From the NCBI GenBank assembly GCA_947053925.1, contig CAMRUG010000006.1:4350-68349 (forward strand): DNA of 64,000 bases, given 5' to 3'. The position numbers and the translations under genes are program-made. Under the pieces are notes generated by a model, which worked only from the letters and a program-made list of their open reading frames with translations, was not told the DNA's origin and did not search any database. Below, piece by piece: positions 27,905 to 36,758 of this stretch (its first letter is position 1; the number at the start of each line of letters is the position of its first letter). The stretch is from an uncultured Clostridia bacterium. GTDB lineage: Bacteria > Bacillota > Clostridia > Christensenellales > CAG-314.

Positions 27905-28084
27905 TTATTCGGCAAGATTTTTCTTTGCTTTCTTTATATCTGCCGTCAAACGCATATATTCTTGTCGATATTTTGCTTGCCCGTGTTCGTGCTTGTAAAG
28001 GTATTTATTGCTTTTTAATTGCTCAAATTCCTTTTGCCAAATTGCAAGGTTTTCTGCCCATTGTTGTTTAGTGTTTTTTACCAT
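27905..28084 (-). CDS. small helical protein (59 aa), hypothetical
   Basis: It is below the track cutoff. The ATG is preceded by GAGGAGG. It overlaps the stop of an even smaller acidic ORF at 28078-28152 (ATGGTAA junction). Confidence 0.35.
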   Translation of the reverse strand: MVKNTKQQWAENLAIWQKEFEQLKSNKYLYKHEHGQAKYRQEYMRLTADIKKAKKNLAE

Positions 28085-28411
28085 TCTTCGTCCTCCTCAA
28101 ATTTGTCAGTGTCTAACTCGTCCCAAATGCACAAGTCGTCGATTTCGTCCATTGTCGTGCAGATGTTGTGTCCGAAGTAGGGACATTACGCCGTATAGAA
28201 AAATCAAACGTGTTGATAAAATTTTTCGATGAAAACCATAAAACAATAAAGCCAACTTATAATACTACAAATGTACTTTTGACATATATACTTATCGTAT
28301 ATTATCTCAGCAAAAACCCACTTTTTTGTCAGAAAATTTAAAACTTGTTTTGTTTTATAGCGACAATGTGATTAAAGTTTGTATAAAATTTTCAAATTAA
28401 ATCGAAGTACT

Positions 28412-28594
28412 TTAAATAATTTCTCGAAATTCTTTTGCATTACACTCTATAATTTCCCTACTACTGTCTTTGTATAAGACAACAAGTGAATACATAGACA
28501 AATTATATGTCGCCAATATTTTTGTTTCTTCGCTTATTCGCACTCCTAAATCTTTGTCTTTGCAAACCTCCTTATTGTTGCTTAATCCAAACAT
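28412..28594 (-). CDS. hypothetical 60-aa ORF divergent from the XRE gene
   Basis: The ORF exists but has no clear Shine-Dalgarno sequence. Its position, divergent from an HTH gene across a palindrome-bearing region, is the only support. Confidence 0.25.
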   Translation of the reverse strand: MFGLSNNKEVCKDKDLGVRISEETKILATYNLSMYSLVVLYKDSSREIIECNAKEFREII

Positions 28595-28625
28595 ATTTTA
28601 TTTTCGAAACTACTATAGCATAAAT

Positions 28626-28688
28626 TATGGTTATATGCAACCATATAAAAGTAAAAAATAATAGTAATCTATGGTTATACATAACTAT
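28626..28688. promoter_or_regulatory. two operator-like palindromes
   Basis: TATGGTT-ATATGC-AACCATA (28626-28645, perfect 7-bp arms) and TATGGTT-ATACAT-AACTATT (28670-28688, imperfect), 44 nt apart in the divergent region. Confidence 0.5.
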
Positions 28689-28701
28689 TTGGAGTGCTAT
28701 A

Positions 28702-28947
28702 ATGGAAAATTCGGTTAATAGAGCAGTTGCATTAAGGATTGCTGAATTATTGGAACAAAAACAAATTACAAAATATCGTTTAGCAATGAACAGCGGTATA
28801 ACGCATTCGACTCTTAAAAATATTATGCACGAAACAATAAAAGACAGTCTATTGTCGACTGTCATTTTAATTGCAGGTGGTTTTGATATGACTGTTAGTG
28901 AATTTTTAGATAGTCCGTTGTTTGATGAAGCAAATTTGAATATATAG
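28702..28947 (+). CDS. XRE-family helix-turn-helix protein
   Basis: RIAELLEQKQITKYRLAMNSGITHSTLKNIM. ATG at 28702 after GGAG. Confidence 0.7.
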   Translation: MENSVNRAVALRIAELLEQKQITKYRLAMNSGITHSTLKNIMHETIKDSLLSTVILIAGGFDMTVSEFLDSPLFDEANLNI

Positions 28948-29046
28948 AACATAAATAATTTTAATGTCTCTTCATATTGAGTTGTAGTATTTATTACTTC
29001 AAAACCAACAAATTTAAGTGAAGAGTGAAGAATAAGGATAAAATAA

Positions 29047-29080
29047 AATCGGCAAATATACTACGAAATTTGCCGATTTT
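29047..29080. terminator. bidirectional intrinsic terminator
   Basis: 10-bp stem ATCGGCAAAT / ATTTGCCGAT flanked by an A-run and a T-run. Confidence 0.7.
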
Positions 29081-29157
29081 TGGTAGAGACAGTAAGACTC
29101 GAACTTACGACCTCTCGCATGTGAAGCGAGCGCTCTAACCGACTGAGCTATGCCTCC
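29081..29157 (-). tRNA. tRNA-Val (anticodon CAC)
   Basis: The cloverleaf was read by eye: acceptor GGAGGCA/TGTCTCT, D-arm GCTC..GAGC, anticodon stem CTCGC/GCGAG with loop TTCACAT, T-arm GTAAG-TTCGAGT-CTTAC. CCA is encoded. Confidence 0.9.
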
Positions 29158-29297
29158 GTTCTCATTATCAATACTATACGCCTAAAACAAAATTTTTGCA
29201 ATTATTTCAACGTAAATTTACCGTTTTTTTAACATATTGCTTATTGTAATCGACATTAACGCTTGCTATTCATTATTGCCTATGCTAAAATTTCAAT

Positions 29298-29957
29298 ATG
29301 AAACATTTACGCTACCCTTTTAGCAACAACGTAGAGCAAACTACCCGAAAAAAGCGCCTTGCACTGCTTAGCAAGCAAGACAAAAAGCATTACCGCGTAA
29401 GACAAGTTTTAATATACTGCAATCTGGCCTTACTAATTTGTTTATTTGGCGCGCTGATATACTTGTGCTTTTTCATAGGGCATTGCGAAGAATTGAGTGA
29501 ATTCTTGCGTATAGCCTTGATAATTATTAACATATTGTGCATCGTCATTTTACCGACGGCGATTTGCGCGTTATTGTTCGCATTGATTGATAAACTGTTA
29601 CCGGAAATCCCTCTTCCCAAGATAAATAAGACAGTTGTTTATTCCTGCGCGGCACCTTTAAAAAAGTTTTACAAAATCGGCAATAACTTTATCGTAACAA
29701 AATGCTATCGATCAACCGTCGACGGATTGCAAAATAAAGATTTAATGCTGTTCGTATATAACGAAGAATTGCGTATAGTTAACGATTTTACCTCAACTGT
29801 AAAAGACTTCGGATGCTACGCGTTTAGCAAAAGCGAATTGACATATTATTACGACGAACTCAACGGCAAACGAGTTACCGTAATAAAATGCCTCGATACC
29901 GTTTTCATATTGGGTAAAAGAGCAAAACAGTTTATTACAAAAAATTTATTCAATTAA
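29298..29957 (+). CDS. hypothetical membrane protein (2 TM helices plus a C-terminal soluble domain)
   Basis: 219-aa ORF with two hydrophobic segments. No family recognised. Confidence 0.45.
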   Translation: MKHLRYPFSNNVEQTTRKKRLALLSKQDKKHYRVRQVLIYCNLALLICLFGALIYLCFFIGHCEELSEFLRIALIIINILCIVILPTAICALLFALIDKLLPEIPLPKINKTVVYSCAAPLKKFYKIGNNFIVTKCYRSTVDGLQNKDLMLFVYNEELRIVNDFTSTVKDFGCYAFSKSELTYYYDELNGKRVTVIKCLDTVFILGKRAKQFITKNLFN

Positions 29958-30214
29958 AACTGTCCTTTGATAAAAACATAAAATAAAAATACGCCAACTA
30001 TCGGCGATACATTTGTTGTCTATATACCTAAAAAAGATAATTTAATGAGCAATAAGTCAATACTGATAAATTGATAGAGAAGAATTTACTGCAACGCAAT
30101 AAAGAATATATAGAGTCCTTACTTTTTTAATATATATTTACAAATATCCGCTCAGAACACATTTAGACTTAAAAGCATTTGTATAATCTTAAACCTTATA
30201 ACATAATTTATAAT

Positions 30215-30247
30215 AAAAACCCACCGAAACGTTATCGGTGGATTTTT
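30215..30247 (+). terminator. intrinsic terminator
   Basis: CCACCGA-aacgtta-TCGGTGG followed by T5. Confidence 0.65.
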
Positions 30248-30304
30248 ATTGTCGCCATTTGCAACTAAAATTGTCGATGTTCTGTTAAGCGAAAACAACT
30301 TTTA
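30247..30304 (+). repeat. terminator-adjacent dispersed repeat, copy A
   Basis: TTATTGTCGCCATTTGCAACTAAAATTGTCGATGTTCTGTTAAGCGAAAACAACTTTTATT. Confidence 0.7.
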
Positions 30305-30362
30305 TTGTCGTCCTTTGCGACATAAAAAGTTGAACGCCGGTAAACGAAAACAATTTTTATTA
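30303..30362 (+). repeat. terminator-adjacent dispersed repeat, copy B (tandem to A)
   Basis: TTATTGTCGTCCTTTGCGACATAAAAAGTTGAACGCCGGTAAACGAAAACAATTTTTATTA. Confidence 0.65.
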
Positions 30363-30425
30363 AATCACGTTTGTTCAAGTGTGGCTTTTCTGCAAAGAAA
30401 AACTCACAAAATCATTACGCATTTA

Positions 30426-30641
30426 CTATCTGTCGTTAGGTACGTCTTCTAAGGTATCTACGTCAATATAGTGTGCTTTGCAAAAATTAGCAAATGCTCT
30501 TTGCGCGTTGTAATTAGGCTTACATCTGCCCGATTCCCAACGGTTAACTGTAGCAAATGCAACGCCCAATTCTTTCGCCATCATTTCCTGACTTAAATAA
30601 AACTTTTTTCTTACCGTCTTTACCTTATCCTTAAATTCCAT
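30426..30641 (-). CDS. XRE-family helix-turn-helix protein
   Basis: 71 aa with the pattern LSQEMMAKELGVAFATVNRWESGRCKP. Confidence 0.75.
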   Translation of the reverse strand: MEFKDKVKTVRKKFYLSQEMMAKELGVAFATVNRWESGRCKPNYNAQRAFANFCKAHYIDVDTLEDVPNDR

Positions 30642-30882
30642 AATTGATACTCCTATAAAATCTGATATTTAAAAGGACACCCCGTTTCAATACGTTATAG
30701 TTAGTATGTAACAAACTCAACCGTGTAATTCCGTTTATTTACATAATTCTACAAAAATCTCGTTTTTTAACGTAAAAAAACACAAGATTTTTGCATTGGC
30801 AACGCAGTGAATCAATTGTGTATGCCTATTATAGCATATCAATAATGATTTGACAACACTTAAATTACATTTTTAAAACAAT

Positions 30883-31506
30883 TCATTGAGTTACGCCTAT
30901 TGCCCCGAACAATACTACCCCTACTACGGCAGACAGAACAATGAGCAAAATAGGATGAATTTTTTTGCCTTTTATCTTAATTCTGGATAGCGGGAAAAAT
31001 ACCGCAACAATAATCAAAGATATCCAGTTGAATTGTTTAAACCCTTCGCCCGTTATTGCTTTAAGATTCAAATTCGGCAAAATCACTGTACACATTATCC
31101 TTATTACCGACGCCAGAATAAGTCCTACTACCACCGGACGTATTCCGTACAGTACTCCTTGAACGTACTTTGAATTGTTAAATTTATCAAACAATTTCGT
31201 TACGACGATGATGATAACCAACGACGGCAAAACAACCGCAATTGTCGTTACTAAAGCGCCTAGGATAGAACCGAAAACTCCCAAGGCGGTTGTTCCGCCC
31301 ACCCTTACACCTACAAACGTTGCAAGATTGATAGCAAACGGTCCGGGAGTAGACTCTGCAATACCGACAAAATTATAAAGTTCGTTTTCAGTCATCCAGC
31401 CGTACTTCTCTACTACTTGCGTAACGGGACTCAGCATAGCATAGCCGCCGCCGATAGTAACCAAACCTATTACAAAAAATTCCCAAAACAGATAAAGAAA
31501 CTCCAT
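30883..31506 (-). CDS. chromate transporter (CHR) family half-protein
   Basis: TIGGGYAM motif, ESTPGP motif, about 6 TM helices. Confidence 0.8.
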   Translation of the reverse strand: MEFLYLFWEFFVIGLVTIGGGYAMLSPVTQVVEKYGWMTENELYNFVGIAESTPGPFAINLATFVGVRVGGTTALGVFGSILGALVTTIAVVLPSLVIIIVVTKLFDKFNNSKYVQGVLYGIRPVVVGLILASVIRIMCTVILPNLNLKAITGEGFKQFNWISLIIVAVFFPLSRIKIKGKKIHPILLIVLSAVVGVVLFGAIGVTQ

Positions 31507-31507
31507 A

Positions 31508-32236
31508 CTACTTTTCTCCTCCGCTTTGTTCGTTTTCGTTTATTCCGTCTGTTGCGCTGTCAATAATGTCAGATTGAGCGTTTAAATTACCGTTGAGAGT
31601 ATCGCTACTAACGTTAGTTGATATGTCGGATTCAATTGTCTTATCTATATCGCCGTCATTGACAACTTCTTTTACAGCCTGCTTTTTTTTGCGGACGGCT
31701 TCATATATCAAGGTTATTATTAAGCCAAGTACGCCACCGATAAGTATAAGAAAAATTACGTTAAAATTCGTAAACGTCGCAACCGCAAAAGCGGCAAGCA
31801 CTGCTATAACATTAAACCAATCCCGTTTTAACTGTCCTGCCATTTTGATAAATGCGTTTATTATCAAGATTGTTACACAAGCCTGTATTCCTGTAAAAGC
31901 CGCCTTATACCATTTGTTATCTGCAATAAGTTCTATAACAAACGATAGCCCTGTAATAATTATAAATGACGGAAGTACCACGCCTATTGTTGCGATAATC
32001 GCGCCGAAAAATCCGCGCAAGCGGTACCCGACGCTTGTTGCGGTATTTACGGCAATTACCCCCGGAGTAGACTCGGCAATAACCAGCATATTGAGCATAT
32101 CTTCGGACGTTATCCAGTTTTTTTTCGCTACGAGTTCTTCTTCCAAAATAGCAATCATAGCGTAACCGCCGCCGAAAGTAAACAAGCCGGTTTTAAAAAA
32201 GGTTATAAAAATTTGCCATAAACTTACTTTTTTCAT
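31508..32236 (-). CDS. chromate transporter (CHR) family half-protein with a hydrophilic C-terminal tail
   Basis: TFGGGYAM and ESTPGV motifs, plus a ~65-aa Asp/Asn/Ser-rich tail. The stop lies 1 nt from the next start. Confidence 0.8.
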   Translation of the reverse strand: MKKVSLWQIFITFFKTGLFTFGGGYAMIAILEEELVAKKNWITSEDMLNMLVIAESTPGVIAVNTATSVGYRLRGFFGAIIATIGVVLPSFIIITGLSFVIELIADNKWYKAAFTGIQACVTILIINAFIKMAGQLKRDWFNVIAVLAAFAVATFTNFNVIFLILIGGVLGLIITLIYEAVRKKKQAVKEVVNDGDIDKTIESDISTNVSSDTLNGNLNAQSDIIDSATDGINENEQSGGEK

Positions 32237-32427
32237 TAAATTTCCCTAAGTATATATTGACTGTCAGTTACGTCGTTTTCTGTTACGATAGTAACAGCAA
32301 CCCCGTTTTCTTTTGATATATCCAAGCCTGTATTTGCCGTTTGCAAACGTTTTTTACTGCTTCACACCAATATATTTTTAAATACTACACACTTTAATGT
32401 TTTAAATTACGCTTTGAATTTAAATAG

Positions 32428-33375
32428 TTAATTGCGCTCAACAGCGGATTCCGTAAAAACGTGCGGCACTGTTTTTAAAACCCGCCCGATTTCCGACTCG
32501 TCAAAACTCGGCAAGTAATCTTTAGCGGCAGATTCGATATCCTGAAAATAACCGTGAGTAAGCCCTAAATTATAAAAGTAATTTTTTATATTTTCGTACT
32601 CGTGCTTAAAAAGTTTACGGTTTAGTTCAGGACAATCGCCGTCCAAACGCGCGACAAAATACTGAGACATAAGACTTATATACAAGTTTTTGTCAAAGTC
32701 CGCAATCCAATCCAATATAAGTTTACTGTCCTCTACATAAGACGGCAAGACCAGATGCCGAACTATCATACCGCGCTTTATATAACCTTGCTCATCAAAC
32801 GCTTCGCAAGGCTGTTGACGTCGCATTTCGCCGATTGCGGCGGTTGCAACCGCAAAATAATCCGCCGCATTTGCCAAACGGCGGGAAACGGTCTTTGAAC
32901 AAAATTTTAAATCAGGCAAATATACGTCTACAAGCCCATCGAGTTTTTGCAAGGCTTCGACCTTTTCGTAAGAAGAAGTATTGTACACAACGGGAATATT
33001 CAAACGCTGTTTTACAATACTTAAAGCCTGACAAATTTTATCGGAAAAATGCGTAGGAGTAACGAGATTGATATTTGCAACTCCCGTATCTTGCAAATAC
33101 AGCATAATGTCCGCAAGCCTTCGGTAAGTTACTTCCGCTCCGTGCGGATTAACGGAAATATCGTAATTTTGACAAAACCGACAATGCAAATTACAGCCCG
33201 CAAAAAAAATTGTACCGCTGCCCTTTTGCCCTGATATACACGGCTCTTCCCAGTTGTGGCGGGCAACACGGGATACAATGATATTGTCTGTTTTACATAC
33301 GCCCAAACTAACGCTACGGTCAACGTTGCAATTTCTCGGGCAAAGATTACAAATCATAGCACAGATATAATACAA
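32428..33375 (-). CDS. radical SAM protein (PflX / activase-like)
   Basis: CNLHCRFCQNYD (CxxxCxxC) plus an N-terminal Cys cluster CNLCPRNC. The start may be the ATG at 33357. Confidence 0.8.
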   Translation of the reverse strand: MYYICAMICNLCPRNCNVDRSVSLGVCKTDNIIVSRVARHNWEEPCISGQKGSGTIFFAGCNLHCRFCQNYDISVNPHGAEVTYRRLADIMLYLQDTGVANINLVTPTHFSDKICQALSIVKQRLNIPVVYNTSSYEKVEALQKLDGLVDVYLPDLKFCSKTVSRRLANAADYFAVATAAIGEMRRQQPCEAFDEQGYIKRGMIVRHLVLPSYVEDSKLILDWIADFDKNLYISLMSQYFVARLDGDCPELNRKLFKHEYENIKNYFYNLGLTHGYFQDIESAAKDYLPSFDESEIGRVLKTVPHVFTESAVERN

Positions 33376-33769
33376 TATTTATAAGTTTTTGACAACTAAA
33401 CTCTGACATTAACGCCCTGCGCAATTTTAACGGTTTTTTACTATACTGAAATTTGTTCAATTTAATCAACTATCGTTTTATTATACGGGAAATCAAAACC
33501 ACAAATCGGTAATGATTTTAAGTCGTTATTTACGGCAACGGCATATTTTTAAGAATACTGTAATTGCCGAATACGTTGCGGTATAAACTTTGAAACAAAT
33601 GCTAAATCTTTCAACTAAAATCGTGTTTAATCTAATAGACGATTTGTTGGAATGGAATAAATTATTCCCCTAAAACTACCGACAAGTAAATTAAACTCGT
33701 TAGAAAATTCCGAAAATATATTGACAAATTACAATTACAGTACTAAATTTATTGAGAGGGTAATTAGAT

Positions 33770-34249
33770 ATGAAAAAGAACAAATTTATTTTTTTGATAA
33801 CATTGCTTATTATTTTGATTGTCAATTTTACGGGATGTTCGGCAGGTACTCCTATTGCCTTTGCAAGATTAAAAATAAATTTACACAATGACCTTTACCA
33901 ATCAAGGGGTTCGCGCGCTTATTTAATAAGAAACGAAGCTGCCTTAAACGAATTTTTAGAAGATAGCGCTTTGTGGTTAAACAGTGATCAAAATTTGCCA
34001 AGCGACTTTTTTAACGATAACGCGTTGCTGATCGTTCGTCATACGGTTTATTCGGAAGAAACTTACAAGGTTAAATCGGTAAAAATAAAAGAAAGCAAAT
34101 TGACCGTTAGTCTTGACAGAAAATATCCGGATAAATCACACCCTAAAGTTTACTACTTGTTTTTATCCGTAAATAAAAGCGACGTGGAAAACATAACGAA
34201 TTGCGTTGTTTTAGAAACAACAACACAGGGAGTTTTCAATCCGTTCTAA
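33770..34249 (+). CDS. hypothetical lipoprotein
   Basis: Signal peptide plus lipobox NFTGCS. Confidence 0.6.
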   Translation: MKKNKFIFLITLLIILIVNFTGCSAGTPIAFARLKINLHNDLYQSRGSRAYLIRNEAALNEFLEDSALWLNSDQNLPSDFFNDNALLIVRHTVYSEETYKVKSVKIKESKLTVSLDRKYPDKSHPKVYYLFLSVNKSDVENITNCVVLETTTQGVFNPF

Positions 34250-34292
34250 AAAATTACGGTTTACTTTTATTAAAATACGGCAAAACACAAAA

Positions 34293-34322
34293 AGCGAGGA
34301 TTTAAAATCTTCGCTTTTTTTA
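34293..34322 (+). terminator. intrinsic terminator
   Basis: AGCGAGGAT / ATCTTCGCT stem followed by T8. Confidence 0.7.
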
Positions 34323-34455
34323 TTACTAATAAAAAGCACGTTCGACCAAACTAGCTTATTATTAAACAGTAAAACACCTTTTTTTTAAAATGAAACAAGC
34401 CTTAACAAATAAGTTAACGCTATTAGCCATATTTTAGTTGTACAGGAGTTTTAAA

Positions 34456-35136
34456 TTGTTTACAACTTTACTTAACTTTTTACGGCGGATATTTTTTATG
34501 ACGGGATACTTTTCTAACGGAAGTTATCCCCAACCGCTTTCCGCCGAAGAAGAAGCGCGCTGTTTACAGCGTATGAAAGAGGGTAGCGAAGAAGCGCGCA
34601 ACAAACTCATCTGCCACAATTTACGCCTTGTTGCGCACATTGCCAAAAAATACGGCAAAAATGACCTTGACGACCTTATTTCAATAGGTTCGATAGGACT
34701 TATAAAAGGCGTGGAAAGCTACTCTACCGAGCGAGGCACCACCCTTGCAACATATCTTGCACGCTGTATCGAAAACGAAATTCTTATGACGCTGCGCTCT
34801 AACAAACGGTATCAGAATACGGTATACTTAAACAATACGCTCGGCGTTGACAACGACGGCAACGAGTACACTCTAATGGACGTTTTGGCAACTAACGAGG
34901 ACAGCGTGTTCCACCAAGCGGAGATGTCAATACTGCGGCAGAATTTACTCAAAATTATCCGCGAACGGCTTAACGACCGCGAACAGAAAATCATACTTAT
35001 GCGTTACGGACTGGAAGAAAACGCAACGCCTATGACGCAACTGGAAACAGCAAAAAAACTCGGTATAAGCCGCAGTTATATTTCGCGCATAGAAACCCGC
35101 GCGCTAGACAAAATAAAACAGTACATACAAGATTAG
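34456..35136 (+). CDS. sigK: sporulation sigma factor K (pro-sigma-K)
   Basis: YPQPLSAEEE...HNLRLVAHIAKKY...GLIKGVESY...ARCIENEILM...GISRSYISRIE closely parallels SigK as I recall it. A hydrophobic pro-sequence is present. The probable start is the TTG at 34456, 7 nt after AGGAG (the track start is the TTG at 34438). Confidence 0.8.
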   Translation: MFTTLLNFLRRIFFMTGYFSNGSYPQPLSAEEEARCLQRMKEGSEEARNKLICHNLRLVAHIAKKYGKNDLDDLISIGSIGLIKGVESYSTERGTTLATYLARCIENEILMTLRSNKRYQNTVYLNNTLGVDNDGNEYTLMDVLATNEDSVFHQAEMSILRQNLLKIIRERLNDREQKIILMRYGLEENATPMTQLETAKKLGISRSYISRIETRALDKIKQYIQD

Positions 35137-35453
35137 CGCTCGATATTCTCAAATCAAATAAGCACCGATTACCGTTTAACGATACATTGTTTTTGAAACA
35201 TAACAAACGGTAGTTTTAGCTATACCTAATAAGAAGTCATCGGTTGTTTACGTTATTACAAAACTGAAACGTAAATACTCAAGTCATCTTATGTCTTTAA
35301 TACTCTGTTTTTCTGCAGAATATTGTTTATGATTTCGTTATAAGTCATTTAACAAAAACTCGATATAACATATTTATCCTGTCCGCCCTTGACAAAACAA
35401 GGGCGGATATTATATACTTAGCAACATAGAACACTAAATTTAAGGAGAGCGTT

Positions 35454-36572
35454 ATGTCAAATCTGTCAAAAGTATATTTTTGCGATATGCGCACTAAAGC
35501 CGGCGGAATGAGTTTGCCTGAAAAATTGGCAAATCTTATCAAACGCGCAGGCATTGCCGATATAGATATGTCAAAGAAGTTTGTAGCGATAAAACTCCAC
35601 TTCGGCGAACCGGGAAATCTCGCATACCTACGTCCGCAATTTCCTAAAGCAGTTGCCGACGTAATAAAACAACTAGGCGGAAGACCCTTTTTAACCGACT
35701 GCAATACAATGTACACAGGGCTTAGACACAACGCACTGGACCACCTGTATGCGGCGGAAATAGACGGTTTTAACAGCGCAACGACAGGTTGTTACGTCAT
35801 TATCGGAGACGGACTTAAAGGCGATGACGAAGTAATTGTAGATATTGACGGAGAGTTTGTTAAACACGCCTATATAGGAAGAGCCGTTCGCGACGCCGAC
35901 GCAATCATTACTTTATCTCACTTTAAAGGACACGAAATGGCAGGTTTCGGCGGCTGTCTTAAAAACTTGGGAATGGGCGCGGCGAGCATAGCAGGCAAAC
36001 GGGACCAACACTCGGGAAGCCGTCCGCAAGTTGACGAAGCAGGCTGTATCGGCTGCGGACTGTGCACTACCCAATGCGCATATTCCGCCGTTACCGTCAA
36101 TAACGGTAAGGCGCGCGTAGACCACAGCAAATGCGTAGGTTGCGGACGTTGCGTAGGCGTATGTCCTAAAAAGACAATTCACTTCTTAGAAGGCAACGAA
36201 GAAGAGATATTGAACAAAAAAATTTCCGAATACGCGGCGGCGGTTATTAAAGACAAACCCTGTTTCCATATCAATATCATTATGGACGTATCCCCCAACT
36301 GCGACTGCCACGGCGAAAATGACGCGCCGATTATTCCCAATGTAGGAATGTTGTGCTCTTTCGACCCCGTTGCCGTAGACGTTGCGGCGGCTGACTTATG
36401 CTTAAAACAGCCCGTAATTACCAACAGCGCGGCAGGCGAAAGTCATCACCGCTCGCACGACTGTTTCTGCGACGCGCACCCAAACACCAACTGGCGTTCG
36501 CAAATAACCCAAGCGGTCAAACTGGGAATCGGTAGCGACAAATACGAACTTATTGTTGTCGACGACAAATAA
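35454..36572 (+). CDS. DUF362 domain protein with two 4Fe-4S ferredoxin motifs
   Basis: CIGCGLCTTQC and CVGCGRCVGVCP lie within a DUF362-like frame. RBS AAGGAGAG. Confidence 0.7.
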   Translation: MSNLSKVYFCDMRTKAGGMSLPEKLANLIKRAGIADIDMSKKFVAIKLHFGEPGNLAYLRPQFPKAVADVIKQLGGRPFLTDCNTMYTGLRHNALDHLYAAEIDGFNSATTGCYVIIGDGLKGDDEVIVDIDGEFVKHAYIGRAVRDADAIITLSHFKGHEMAGFGGCLKNLGMGAASIAGKRDQHSGSRPQVDEAGCIGCGLCTTQCAYSAVTVNNGKARVDHSKCVGCGRCVGVCPKKTIHFLEGNEEEILNKKISEYAAAVIKDKPCFHINIIMDVSPNCDCHGENDAPIIPNVGMLCSFDPVAVDVAAADLCLKQPVITNSAAGESHHRSHDCFCDAHPNTNWRSQITQAVKLGIGSDKYELIVVDDK

Positions 36573-36758
36573 ATTGTCCTAATCGTGCGCGCTAAATCTA
36601 AAAAAGATGAAATAGAAATAATCTCAAAATACTATACCGATTTGACTCACGCGATTAGTAAAGAAATACCCGAAGGTAAAAATTTACCCGAAATAGAAAT
36701 CATATCAGATTACTGAATTTAAAAATTACAAACAAACATAAATTATAAGGAGAAAGTT

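Noticed and set aside
28572-28952. A 126-aa minus-strand ORF.
   Set aside because: It overlaps, antisense, the XRE HTH gene, which has a recognisable fold pattern and an RBS. Its hydrophobic low-complexity translation looks spurious.
30249-30452. A 67-aa ORF whose N-terminus (MSPFATKIVDVLLSENNFY) matches that of the ORF at 44171-44647, which at first looked like a small protein family.
   Set aside because: The shared residues are translations of the dispersed DNA repeat (copies A/B and C). The similarity stops where the repeat stops, and there is no RBS.
32300-32360. The palindrome CGTTTGCAAACG followed by T6, considered as a terminator or operator between the radical SAM and CHR genes.
   Set aside because: As RNA it leaves only a 4-bp stem with a 4-nt loop, and the T-run is on the non-coding strand for both neighbouring genes. 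The evidence is insufficient.
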